A stretch of DNA of 64,000 nucleotides from Eledone cirrhosa. Its lineage: Eukaryota. The stretch spans positions 113,522,001 through 113,586,000 of the forward strand of contig OZ024741.1 in the NCBI GenBank assembly GCA_964016885.1, read 5' to 3'. The number at the start of each line of letters is the position of its first letter. Position 1 is the stretch's first letter. Below are positions 13,885 through 26,599 of the stretch, piece by piece. The notes beneath the pieces were generated by a model. The model saw only the letters and a program-made list of their open reading frames with translations, searched no databases and had not been told where the DNA came from. Made by a program: the position numbers and the translations under genes.

Positions 13885-14775
13885 AGGCAGTCAGCAAGGT
13901 TAGAATTAACAACGAATATAGTGAAGAGTTTAGTGTAAAAGTTGGTGTTCATCAGGGCTCCGTTCTTAGCCCCTTACTATTTATTATTGCCCTTCAGGCT
14001 ATAACAGAGGAGTTCAAAACCGGCTGCCCATGGGAACTCCTATATGCAGATGATCTAACGCTCACAGCTGAAACAATGGCCGAACTAGAGAAGAAATTTC
14101 AAACATGGAAGCATGGCCTAGAATCAAAAGGCCTTAAAATTAACCTGTCTAAGACTAAAGTTCTAGTTTGTAGGAAGGAAAATAGGGCACCGGTCCCATC
14201 TGGGAAATGGCCATGCTCAGTGTGTAGGAAAGGAGTAGGCAGAAACTCCATTTTATGTCCCAAATGCAAAGTATGGATGCATAAAAGATGTAGTGGGATC
14301 ACAGGTAAGCTAACTAAGAATATAGATATTATATGTGGCCGGTGCTCTGGTGCAATAAGTAGCAGCAAGTGCCCACAGAATACTAGCTCATTCCATTGCA
14401 CAGATGGTTCTATAGAAATAGTTGACACCTTCCGTTACCTGGGTGACAAAATCAGCAGTGGGGGAAGGTGCTCTGAAAGTACAGTAGCTAAAGTCAGAAC
14501 GGGATGGAAAAAAGTTCAGAGAGCTTATACCACTATTGGCCGCTAAAGGGTTCTCTCTAAAAATGAAAGGCAGACTGTATGATGCCTGCATACGAACAGC
14601 AATGTTACATGGCAGTGAGACCTGGGCATTGTGTGCAGAGGATATACGCAGACTGGAGAGGAACGAAGCTTGCATGCTCCGCTGGATGTGTAATAGTAAT
14701 ATACGTGAACGGCAAAGCATAAACGAACTAAGGGAGAAATTAGGAATAAGAGGGATCAGATGTTGTTTACTCGAG
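13885..14775 (+). mobile_element. RTE family A internal fragment
   Basis: GVHQGSVLSP/LLYADD coding DNA followed by ORFs 14076-14546 and 14536-14820. Confidence 0.9.
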
Positions 14776-14846
14776 AAGAATGGAGATGACCACTGTTATA
14801 AAAAGGATTTAATACTTTGATAGAGTATGAGTATCTTTATTTTATA

Positions 14847-15226
14847 CTAGACCACTCATGACCCATTGAGTCACATTCGCTTAAAAATATTTTTTAAAAA
14901 TCATGTTCACTTAAAAATAATTTTTAAATAATTATATATGTATATATATATATGTGTGGGTGCCTGTAACCTATATACACTGCTCACACACACACACACA
15001 CACATACACACACTTATATATACACGCACAGTTAGTAACACTTCCTCTTTAGCAGGAAATATTCGCTACACACATCCTGTCCTAACACAAATTATATGAT
15101 ATATATGACTTAATATTCATTCACCAAATTCAAGTTAGATATAGTAATGCTGTATTCGATTCTTTGAAGTCACCTGTTATTTCATTCAACACCACCATCA
15201 GCTCTCTCTCTCTTTTCCATTTTCTT

Positions 15227-15323
<97 letters not shown>

Positions 15324-15594
15324 TCTCTCTCTCTCTCGCTCGCTCGCTCTCAATCTACTCTCTCACAATCACTATCGCTTTTTCTCTATTGTTCTCTCTC
15401 TTTATTTATGAAGCTACCTGGAAAACGCTGTATCTCAGAAACGCATGCTCCGATTTATGCAAAACTTGTTTTCTTCCATTTGTACTCCCATTTCAGGGGC
15501 AACTTCCTTTCAAAGTATTTTCCCATTATGCACTGTTTTGGTTGCATTAAATTACAGACAAGCACACAATCACAGAGTTTTAGTACTATATAGA
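14847..15594 (-). mobile_element. Non-autonomous Helitron
   Basis: Minus strand starts A|TCTATATAGTACTAAAACTC and ends with a GACTCAATGGGTC hairpin remnant then CTAG|T. Confidence 0.7.
15230..15350. repeat. (CT)n microsatellite
   Basis: Direct inspection; another at 29718-29808. Confidence 0.95.
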
Positions 15595-15876
15595 TAGAAA
15601 TGACTTCTACAGGACCAGAACTGCTTCACCATCACCATCATCATCATTTTACGTCTGCTTTTCCTTGCTTGATTTCATATATAGTAGTATAGGGGAGATA
15701 ACCAATTATCTATCTATATCACATTGTTTATAGATTCCAACTGATCAATAGGTGCTGATGACCAGAATGAATGAAATATGATGTTCATGACTACTACTAC
15801 TGCTACTACTACAACTACTATTACTACTACTACTTTTGTTGATATATTCTATAAATCTCTTTCTTTTTCATTGTAG

Positions 15877-15990
15877 TGGTTTGGAAATTTGGTCACTCTG
15901 AAATGGTGGGATGATATTTGGCTGAACGAGGGATTTGCTACATTTATGGGATGGATTGGAATGAAAGCAGTTGAAGAAGATTTTGACAGT
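15877..15990 (+). CDS. Internal exon of an M1-family zinc aminopeptidase (aminopeptidase N/A/ERAP-like)
   Basis: Polypyrimidine tract + TAG acceptor and GTAAGT donor; 114 nt, phase 0. Translates [38 protein letters not shown], the segment after HEXXH that holds the third Zn ligand (NEGFA). Confidence 0.96.
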
Positions 15991-16540
15991 GTAAGTATGT
16001 TGTTATTCTTACTAGTACATTACCCACGGATAAATAGTATTTATTTACATCATCAAATTTCAACAAAGCTATGTCTGTGGACTATATCACCGAGTGGTGA
16101 AGGAGTTAATTTAACAACCAGTTGGTCCTAGCTTCAGTCCCACTATGGAACAACTTGGGGAAGTTTCTTCTACAATAGTTTTGGCTTGATCAATGCAATG
16201 TGACAGGAATTTGGTAAATAGAACTGCAGAAGACTGTCATAAATGAGGTTGGTGTTAGGAAGAACATCCAGCTGTAAAAACACCGGCCAAATTTACTGTC
16301 CCGTCTGAGCAAAGTTTGGCATGGTCACTTCTGGCCAAACTTGTTTCTCAATGTGGAGGACAACCCATCTAATTTGTGCACGTCTGGAAAATGGATGTTA
16401 AACAGTGATGATGATAATGGTATATGGTGGCTGCAACTCGATTTGAGGTTGCTGGTTTAATCGCTGACCACTCAACCATGCACAGGTTGTACATATATAT
16501 GTATATATATATATATATACATACATATACATATATATAC

Positions 16541-16571
<31 letters not shown>

Positions 16572-16590
16572 CATATATACATATATATAC

Positions 16591-16642
<52 letters not shown>

Positions 16643-16669
16643 ACATATATATACATATATATATATATA

Positions 16670-19600
16670 TCATTATCATCATCATTTAACGTCCATCTTC
16701 CACGCTACCATGGGTTCAGACGCGAATTGTCTCAGTTGAGGCAAGATTGGTTGGGTGACAGTCTCTCATTCGTATAGGACTGTCTGGCGGGTTTTCTACG
16801 GCTGGATGCCATATTTACAGTGTGGACTGGGAGGTTTTTACCATGTTACCTACACAGCCTCATTACAGCGTGGACTGTGTGTTTTTTTGTCATGACACCT
16901 ACACGACCACATTTATTTTGGACTGGATGTTGTGGTACCAACATAACTTTACAGAGAAAGGGTGGTGGGAGTGGGAGGGTGGAGTAGGGGTAGTGGGATG
17001 GGGTGTATATTTGGTTAATAGGTGCCTACTGACTGTAGGTTTCGCTTTGTACATATGCAAGGTGGGTCTTCTGTATTACTGCATGGCGCCAATAATCTCG
17101 GTTCAGTGACATTGTCTTAGAGAGGTGCAAGTCTGCACAGGTCCTCTGCACACAATGCCATGTAACATTGCTGTTCGTATGCAGGCATCATACAATCTGT
17201 TTTTCATTTTTAGAGAGAAACCTTTTGTGGCCAATAGCGGTAAAAGCTCTCTGAACTTTTTCCATCCCATTCTGACTCTGGCTACTGTACTTTCAGAGCA
17301 CCCTCCACCACTGCTGATTTTGTCACCCAGTTAACGGAAAGTGTCCACTATTCCTATAGAACCATCTGGGCAATAGAAGAAGCTAGTATCCTGTGGGCAC
17401 TTGCTACTTATTGCACCTGAGCATCGGCCACATATAAAATCTATGTTCTTAGATAGCTTACCTGTGATCCCACTACATCTTTTAGGTACCCATAGTTTGC
17501 ATTTGGGACATAAAATGGAATTTCTGCCTACTCCTTTCCTACACACTGTGCATAACCATTTCGAAGAGGGTACCTGTGCCCTATTTTCCTTTCTACATAC
17601 AAGAACTTTAGTCTTAGACAAGTTAACTTTAAGGCCTTTTGATTCTAGGCCATGTTTCTTTTTTTGGAATTTCTTCTCTAGTTCAGCCATCGATTCAGCT
17701 ATGAGAGTTAGATCATCTGTGTATAGAAGTTCCCATGGGCAGCCAATCTTGAACTCCTCTGTTATTGCCTGAAGGACAATAATAAATAGGAGGGGGCTAA
17801 CGACAGAGCCTTGATGAACACCAAGTTTTACGCTAAATTCTTCACTATATTCATTGTTGATTGTAACCTTGCTGACTGTTTCTTTATACATGGCTTGTAT
17901 AGCTCTCACAAGCCATTCATCTACACCTAGTTTTCTAAGAGCCCACCAGATAATGGAGCAGGGGACTCTGTCAAAGGCTTTCTCCAAGTCAACAAAAGCT
18001 AAGTAGAGGGGTTTACTTTTAGCTAGGTACTTCTCCTGTAGTTGTCGTACAAGGAAAAGAGCGTCTGTGGTACTTTTACCTGACACAAACCCAAACTGCA
18101 TTTCATCTAGATCAATTCGCTCTCTGATTAGTGTGCTATAATTCTTTTTGTGACCTTCATGACTTGGTCAACTAACTTAATGCCTCTATAGTTTCCCCTA
18201 TCTAGAGCATCTCCTCTACCCTTGTAGCAGTTAATGATGATGCTGTTATGCCAGTCATTTGGTATGACCCCATTCGGTATTACTTGGTTTACTATCCGGG
18301 TGACCATAGTATGTCCCACCATTCCTGATGCTTTCAGCATCTCAGCAGCTATCTCCGAAAACCCAGCTGCCTTGCCTGTCTTCATATCTTTGATTGCCTT
18401 ACTTATTATACTACCTTTAACTTGCACTGCTGGTCCCTCTATTGGATCGTTTTGGGGCATCTTTTTCCCATTTATTCTCCTCATTTAGTAGTCTCTCGTA
18501 GTGACACTTCCAAGCTACCTTCTTATCAGCGTCAGTGATGGTAAGTACACCATCATCATTACGGACACACTTCTCCCCGACAATATCACAGTTTTCCTTG
18601 ACACATTGTCTTGCAATCCTGAACACCTCACGTTTTTGGTCTTTGCTTTGTAGAATATGCTTGAACTTTCTATCCTCTGCTTCCCTTCTTGCAAAGTACA
18701 CTTGTCTCCTAGCTTCTCTCCTGGTCACTTGATAGTGTTCTCTACTTCCCCCATCCCGCCATACTTTCCAAGCCTGCTTTTTGGCCTTGATTGACTCCTC
18801 CACCTTACTGTTCCACCACCAAGTTACTCTCCTCCTGCCTATAGGTCTGCTCCAGCCACAGATTTCATCTGTCGCCTTCAGCAGGTTAACTTTCAAGAAT
18901 TCCCACTGTTCCTCTATATTGTACGTCTCTAATTGCTCTTCCTTACTGTCAAAAGCATCAAGTAATATGCTTTTAAATTTGTTACTGGCTGTGGGATCCT
19001 TTAACTTCCATATTCTTCTTCTCAGGGTAGTCCTCTTCTGTTGTCGAGTATGTCTCGTCCTGACTATGAGGTCACTAACTATGAAGCTATGTTGGGAGGT
19101 GCATTCTTCACGGGGAACAGATTTAGTGTTTACAACAGACACACTGTCACATCTTCTAGTAAGGATATAATCTATCTGGCTGGCGTGTTCCCCTGATCTA
19201 TAGGTGATCAAGTGATTGTCTTGTTTTTTGAAGTTTGTGTTACAGATAGTTAGATTATTAGCGTCACAGAATTCCAGGATTCTGAAGCCTTCCTCATTTC
19301 TAGTACCAAACCCATAGCCTCCATGGAATCTGTCATAGCCATCACGATGTTGTCCAACATGACCATTTAGGTTGCCAGCAATAATTATGTTGTCACTGTC
19401 GGTTATTTGGGAGGTAGTGAGCATTAGCGACTCATAGAATCTGTCTTTTATAGTGTCAGGTAGGCCATATTGGGGTGCATAAGTGGATATATTGTCACAG
19501 TAGTTCTATTTAGGACTAGTCTTATTATTCTGTCGTTCACTCTATTTACGGCAATTACCTTATCTACCCATTTTTCTGCTAACATAATTCCTACTCCACC

Positions 19601-20725
19601 CACCCCATTGTCATTTCCCACCCAGAAAAGTTTATAGCATCGGTTTTTTACCCACAATGAATCTAGCAGACCCACCCCTCCACCTAGTCTCTTGAACACA
19701 ACAAACATCAACTTCTTTATGTTCAAGCATCTCTACAACTTCGTTAGAGCAACCTTTCAAAGTGCCTACATTCATGGTACCAACTCTGAAGTTTTGGATT
19801 TTGTTGGGTTGGTGGAAGGGGTGGGTTTGAGGTGCAGGGAGGGGTGTGGGAGATGGAATTATGTTGGCCATCAGTGTCTGAAATAAAGAAGAGTCCTTGC
19901 ATTCTCATTCGGCAACAGGAGGTGAATTTATCTTTATCTTTGACATTGTCATTGAGTGTTCAGATTGTTCACTCTCCAAATTCTGTAGTCCATTTAGCAT
20001 ATTGAAAAGCAACTAGGTCTAAACTTAAGGAGTAATAGTCGAGACGGTGGCTTTGTGATAGAGATTGGTAAGAGAAACATACTATAAACTGCTGAATTAT
20101 GATTGGATCAAATAGCAATGGTGGTGGGTGGGGGTAGGGATATGAGAAAGTTTACGAGAAGATTATTTTTATAAAGGTCCGACAGATTCAACCGTATTAT
20201 TGAAAAGTTAAATGAACATATAACAAATAATAGCAGTTTAAATACGAGAAGATTATTTTATTTTTGAGGGTCCGACAGATTTATCTATAATATTGAAAAG
20301 ATTAGATTCTAAGTTAAACGAACATATGACAGATAATAGCAGTTTAAATACTGATTGGTAAATGAACCAAGAAACATGGAGAGACAAGAAAATGAACTGC
20401 ATACATTACATTTCTCAAATCAACAATTCTGCAGTAAGATTCAATAAATTCTGGTTCAGTACTCTAGACAAGGTTTATTTTATATTTGCAGAGAGAGAGA
20501 GGGGGGGGGGGGTGAGAGAACATGTAAGCATATAAACAATGTATGAGGGAGACAGAGAGGGGGAAAAAGGAAGGTTCCAGAAGGAAATAATAATAACAAT
20601 GGGAAAGTTTATGAGAAGATTATTTTTATAAAAGTCCGACAGATTCAAGCGTATTATTGAAAAGTTAAACGAACATATAACAAATAATAGCAGTTTAAAT
20701 ACGAGAAGATTATTTTTTTTTTTTT
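16670..20725 (-). mobile_element. RTE family A, near full-length degenerate copy
   Basis: Frameshifted ORF pieces 19632-19871 (GTMNVGT, VQETRW), 19448-19726, 18417-19424 (IDYIL), 18128-18484 and 17331-18101 (RT); 3' tail at ~16670; repetitive 5' region. Confidence 0.92.
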
Positions 20726-20759
20726 GTATATATATATATTCAAAATTTACCCATGGAAT

Positions 20760-21335
20760 AAGTAGTATTTAGCCTTACATATGGAGCAGGGACACTTCTC
20801 TAGAGGGATCAGGTTCCTATCTTCTTTCCTACACAGTAGCACTTTAATTTTGTGAACCCTTAGACCCTTTGATTCCAAATTCTGTTTCCCTTGCAAGCAG
20901 GGAAAAGCAGACGTAAAATGATGATGATGATGATGAGAACATATTTTCTAGTTCTTTTATAGATTTGGCTATAAGGACCAGATCATCTGCATAGAGATGT
21001 TTCCATGGATAGCCAGTTTTAAACTCCTCTGTTATGGACTGGAGAACTATGATAAACTGTAGTGGGTTAAGAACCGAACCCTGATGAATTCCTACCTGTA
21101 CCTTGAATTCCACACTAAACTCACTTTCTACTCTCACTTTATTGACAATTCCAATGTGCATGGCTTGCACTGCTCTAACAAGCCATTCTCTACACTTAAT
21201 TTCCTTAAGGACCACCAGATAAAAGATCAAGGTATCTGTCAAATGCCTTTTCTAGATCAACAAAAGCTAAATATAGTGGCTTACTCTTGGCTATGAGCTT
21301 CTCTTATAGTTGCCTTACTAAGAAGAGGGCATCTA
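20760..21335 (-). mobile_element. Old RTE family A RT fragment
   Basis: ORF 20844-21242 contains GIHQGSVLNP and LYADDL; interrupted by a short tail insertion at ~20888-20936. Confidence 0.85.
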
Positions 21336-21487
21336 TAGAACATTTGTTTCAGATGATCCTGCTTAAGGTGAAAGCATAAATTTATTGCTTAAACATTTAA
21401 TCCGTACTAATAATAAATATTTGCTCTACAGGGTTATATATATTTATATATATACAACCCCTATTGAGTCCTCCTTTGATTTGGTCT

Positions 21488-21520
<33 letters not shown>

Positions 21521-21707
21521 AATATAAATTCAGCGAGAATCGTATTTCGGCGGGTAGAAAAAGCGAAACGAAACGAAAAATCGTAGTTATGCTGGCAAGC
21601 GCTCCATTAGTTAAAAAAATTGAGCTAAACAATATGTTAAAACGCCATACAAACTGCAAAAGTGGTCAAAAAGGCATTAACCACCTAAGCCAAAAAACAA
21701 ATCAAGC

Positions 21708-21752
<45 letters not shown>

Positions 21753-22071
21753 ATGATTATGTCTATGTCTATATTTGTGGCTCTCTCTGTTCCATATCTT
21801 AGTAGTTCAACAAAACAGATCAATGAAATAAATACTGTTGTCAATATGATTACTAAATCAAAGTAGTCCTCCAACCTGGCTATATTCTACTTCGTATCTC
21901 TTGCATATATATGTATATAGCTTTGTATTAACATTTTCTGTTAATATTAGAATATCGAAACTCAACGGTGAGACTAAATCTGTTTGTTTCATTAATAGAT
22001 AAAAAGTTTTGAGAAAAGAAGAAAAAATTATAAAAAGGAAATCACTTTTCTAAATATGAATATGACACATT

Positions 22072-22109
<38 letters not shown>

Positions 22110-22963
22110 TAACATTATCATTTTCAATTAACTCAAATACACTGACATCAAATTGTTAATAACAAATATTTATTTCTCAAACATTGAAACTACTTTTCAT
22201 ATTTCACTTTTTTCTCATGTGCTCAAAATCATAACATACGATACATCATAGTTTTACTTCATGAAAATCAATTTAAAATAGTTATTTTCACACTATACTG
22301 GAACTCAATATAGAAATAGTAGTTAAGAAATGAATTTTTCTTTTTTGTATATAAAACATAAATATCACACAGTATATATAAATATTGTCGGAATAATGAT
22401 AGTTTACATTCAGTACTTTGTAAAATATGATCAAAGCAATATATCTTTAAGTAAACCTTACACATAGAAGCTTTGGCATTTGCTCAAACTGTCTCTATAT
22501 TGCTTTATATAGAACTAGAGGTAAATTTAATAAATTAAGTGCCTTATTCAGAACAACAGAACAAGACTTAAGAAAATCTTCTAACAAGCTGAGCTGAATT
22601 ACAAATTCTGTTGTTGTAATCAGATAGACTAATAACATACTGATATATATATATATGCACACAAGATTGTATGCAGCTCTGTAAAAGAAACTACTAGATT
22701 TCAGGCTGAAGATGTTGGCATGTAAAAGAAAGAAGAATTAATGTACTTACAAAAACAGTTCAAGTTCTAGCTTTTAATACTTTTATAACTTATTTCTCTT
22801 CTGTTTTTTATATGAATACTATTATACCCTAAAAGAAAATGTTATTACTCTTCATATAGTCACATAGGCATGGCTATGTGGTTAAGGAGTTTGTTTCACA
22901 ACCACATGGTTCTGGGTTCAATGCAGCTGTGTAGCCAATTGGGCAAAATGCCTTTTAATATCA

Positions 22964-23440
22964 ACATCATCATCAGGTCGAGCTTGCTCGGCTTTCTACG
23001 ACACGCTTCCTCCATCCATCTCTGTCTCTCATAGCGTTTGCCAGTTCTTCCGCAGTGCATCCAGTATCGTCCTCAAGTTGCCATATGTCTTCTTGGGATG
23101 ACCAGCGTTTCTTGCTCCATGAGATGGACTCCATAACAACACATCACCTGCTATTTCTTCCCTGCTGCGCCAACAGTGGCCAGCAAATCTGAGTTTCTGT
23201 CCAGGTATTGACCTGCTGATAGGTGGTATATTGCCATAGAGATCCTTATTTGTTGCGTGTTCCCTCCAAGACACGTTTAAAGTAGTGCGGAGCATACGTG
23301 TGTATGCCTCGTCTAGCTTTTTCTCCAGTTTCGACGTTAGCGTCCAAGTGATAGAGCCATAAAGAAGCTCAGACTCCACAGCAGCTCTGAAGAAATTCCT
23401 TTTCAGTTTGGCCGGTACGTTTGATTTCCATATCTTTTCC
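22964..23440 (-). mobile_element. RTE 3' fragment related to family B
   Basis: ESELLYGSITWTLT...LRFAGHCWR is homologous to ORF 33903-34481; (GAT)n tail. Confidence 0.88.
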
Positions 23441-23639
23441 TTTTACTATAGTCTCTGGTTAACGAAGGTCTTGTGAGTGAAAGTTGGGAGATTGAAACTA
23501 CAGAAGCCTGTAATATATAATATAACAAAAATATGTAAATTGTTGTTCTATTGGTTTAACTCTTTTCTTGTCATATTTCTATGATTTTGAAAATAATAAA
23601 GAATCTTGAAGTTTTTAGTAATATAACTGTTATCATTAA

Positions 23640-24108
23640 AATGGTGTTCAGCTAGGTGGATTAGCAGTATTGGTAAAACATTGGACAACATGCTTTGTGG
23701 CATGTAGCCTAGCACTTTACATTCTGATTTCAAATCCCATTGAGGTTAGCTTTGCCATTTATCCTGGGGTTAATTGAATCAACTTTCCCTTTACATTTAC
23801 ATTTCTGGATTTGTGCCAAAAGTAAAAACAATCAGAAACAATTATTAAATTGGTGTTTGGTACACAAAACAACTGTTCTTACATAAAACTGAGATGGAAG
23901 ATTTTAGATAAATTTTGATTTCTTATTTAGGCACAGGGCCAGAAAATTTGGGAAAGAACATACATTGATTAAATCCACCTCAGTACCTCACAAGGATGAA
24001 AGCAAAGTTGATACTTAGTAAAATTTGAACTCACAGTGTAAAGAGCAAGAAGAAATACTGCAATGACATTTTACTCAACACTCTACCAATTCTGCCAATC
24101 CACCACTT
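23640..24108. mobile_element. Two old group 2 SINEs in opposite orientation just upstream of the second exon
   Basis: + copy ~23640-23845 and - copy ~23920-24108, with degenerate B boxes and cores. Confidence 0.65.
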
Positions 24109-24168
24109 GATATGTATAACTGATTAATATTGATACATAATTTGCTTTTACATGTTCATTTTGTACAG

Positions 24169-24303
24169 GACCAATATAAAGTGCTTAGACAGTTGATAGG
24201 AGCTTTAAATATGGATTCATTTGAGACATCTCATCCAATTGAAAACAAAGTGAAGCACGTCAAAGATATTGATGTAGTATTTGATAGTATAACCTATAAT
24301 AAG
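24169..24303 (+). CDS. Next internal exon of the same M1 aminopeptidase
   Basis: TTTTGTACAG acceptor and GTAAGA donor; 135 nt, phase 0. Translates DQYKVLRQLIGALNMDSFETSHPIENKVKHVKDIDVVFDSITYNK, with the D...SHPI and FD.ItYnK catalytic-Tyr motifs. Confidence 0.95.
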
Positions 24304-24864
24304 GTAAGAAATCCTTTCTTTCTTTCTTTCTTTCTTTCTGTCTTCTCCTCATCATCATCATCACCACCATCATCATCTGTAATATTCAGTCACACACACA
24401 CACATATATATGTATATATATATATATACATTTTAGCTACTTCTGTCCGTCACACAATGTGTGAGTATGTGTGTGTGTTTATGTGAATGTATGTGTGTAT
24501 AAAAGGAAGGAAAGGGATAGCGAAAATACTATAGCAAAACAGTGGCTGGCGTTCCATTTGCTATGCTGTACGTGGGTGTATGTGTGTATGTATTTGTGTG
24601 AATGTATGTGTCTATTTGTGTGAATGAGTGTGTATTTTTGTAAGTGTGTCTGTGTTTGCGCGTTTATATTTATATACTCATACATATAAATGTATATATA
24701 TGCACATGCACAGACACTCATATACACATATGCATCAGCGTGTTGAAAAAATTCTAGTATTATAAATATGCATACATACATGCATAGATAATGTACATAA
24801 TACACATTTATGTAAATGTATGCACACATACATACATACAGACATACATGCATACATACATACA

Positions 24865-25215
24865 TGATGGCTGCCCCCCTCGTTATCGAGTATGGCCATT
24901 GCACAGTATAACATTATCAATAATTATCAATTAATGCTATAGTGCAATGCCTGTGCCTAAAGATTTTTTAAAGGGAAGAAAGACTGTGCATTGAGCCAAT
25001 CCCACTCTCTGAGCGACAGTAGCCGTAATCCGAAAAAAAGAAAAGATCAATATCATCGGTAACTACTGAGTCGCAGGTTTTATGTCGGAGTTATCCCAAT
25101 TTCCTGAGTTGCCTTCTCCTAGAAGAATGCCCTGACAAAGGCTAGGGCTCCTTCACTCCCAGTGGGTTAACCATGCGGTCGTGTATCCAGCCCAATTATT
25201 TCCATGTCCCTGAGC
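24865..25215. repeat. Dispersed ~350-bp repeat of unknown class (copy 1)
   Basis: Highly similar to 53301-53612; both copies sit in (TACA/TGCA)n tracts. Confidence 0.85.
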
Positions 25216-25644
25216 ATATACATACACATGCATACATGTATATACATACATACCTACATGCATGCATATACACACCCACAAATATAAACATTAGAACGTT
25301 ATTAGATATATAATATTATCCAATGACATAGACAACACTTCATGAAATCTTCCGAAATGGTAAGGAAAAAATAAAACAAATCAAAAAAAGACATGCACAA
25401 AAAGAAATGAAAGAAAGAAAAGATAACTCTGTGTGTGTATAGATGGCACTGCAGGGTACTTTAACCATACTTGAGCTATATAAAAGGCATTTTCCTCTCT
25501 TCATTCTTATGAATAGTTTCCTATATGAAGCAAATGGTTGTATGTTTTGTTGGTTTTTATGAGCTGCCCGAATCTCCAACAGGTCTCTTTGTGGGCATGT
25601 TTAGCATGTGACTAAGCTACTTCTGCCATCTTTCAAAATATCCT

Positions 25645-25865
25645 ACAATAATGGTTTCTTATATAGGCACAAGGCCAGCAATTTTGGTGGGAGGAAAAAG
25701 TCGATGAAATTGACCCCAGTGCATGACTGGTACTTTATTTTATCGACCCCGTAAGTATGAAAGGCAAAGTTAACCTCGGCAGGATTTGAACTCAGAATGG
25801 CAAAGGCCGTAACTCTATGTGTCAAAGCATGGTGTCCGACCCTCTACCGATACGGCCAATCCACC
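25645..25865 (-). mobile_element. SINE group 2
   Basis: Close match to 6668-6850. Confidence 0.88.
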
Positions 25866-26599
25866 AATCCAAAAGACCCATAAGATAATGTAGTCCTATA
25901 TACACTATGCCTGAGAAAAAGATGGAATGATCATGGTTAGAAGATCATCCATCTAGAAAAATATCTATCAACTGTAGTTCTAAAATATACTTCACCTAAC
26001 ATCTGTATGGGCACATAACTCCTGATGGAGTCATTGGGGTGCTGTAGTTATGTAGAATGTCTCTTTGTTATTTTAAACCTGGCAGATCCCATCTCCTCTC
26101 AAGATCTGAACACTGTCTATTTCTTCCAGACAAAGAGAGAAAGAGAGAGGGAAAGAGAGAGAGATAGAGAGAGAAAGGGAGAAAGGGAGAGAGCAAAAGA
26201 GAGAAAGAGGAAGAGAGATGAAGTGAAGAAGAGATACAGAGAAAGAATCAGTACCAGTACTGGATGGTACATTTTTTATCAACATTGAAAAGAGGGAAGA
26301 CAAAGGGGCATTTATATGCTGGAGTGGGAGGTGGAGTAAATTCTTGGGAGTGGCATTGGAGAAAGTGGTAGGATGGTGTCTGTCATTTTGATGTGTGCCT
26401 GGCTTTCCATGGCTGGAAAAGTATTGGGAGCTAAAAGGTTCAGTAGGGAAGGTGAATCAGTTAAGGTTCACCCAAGCTTTCCCTGTCAGCAAGGGTTGAG
26501 CAAATAAGTGAGGAGTATACTGGCAGGTGAAGACCTCAGAGTTGTTCCTTATCTCTGATTCTTCAGGTTTAGGGTTGGGAAAGGGAATCAGGGTCATAC

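Noticed and set aside
19872-19895. Splice-acceptor-like CTTCTTTATTTCAG before the RTE ATG
   Set aside because: The same frame continues upstream past a single stop, so this is probably coding sequence; no matching donor was found.
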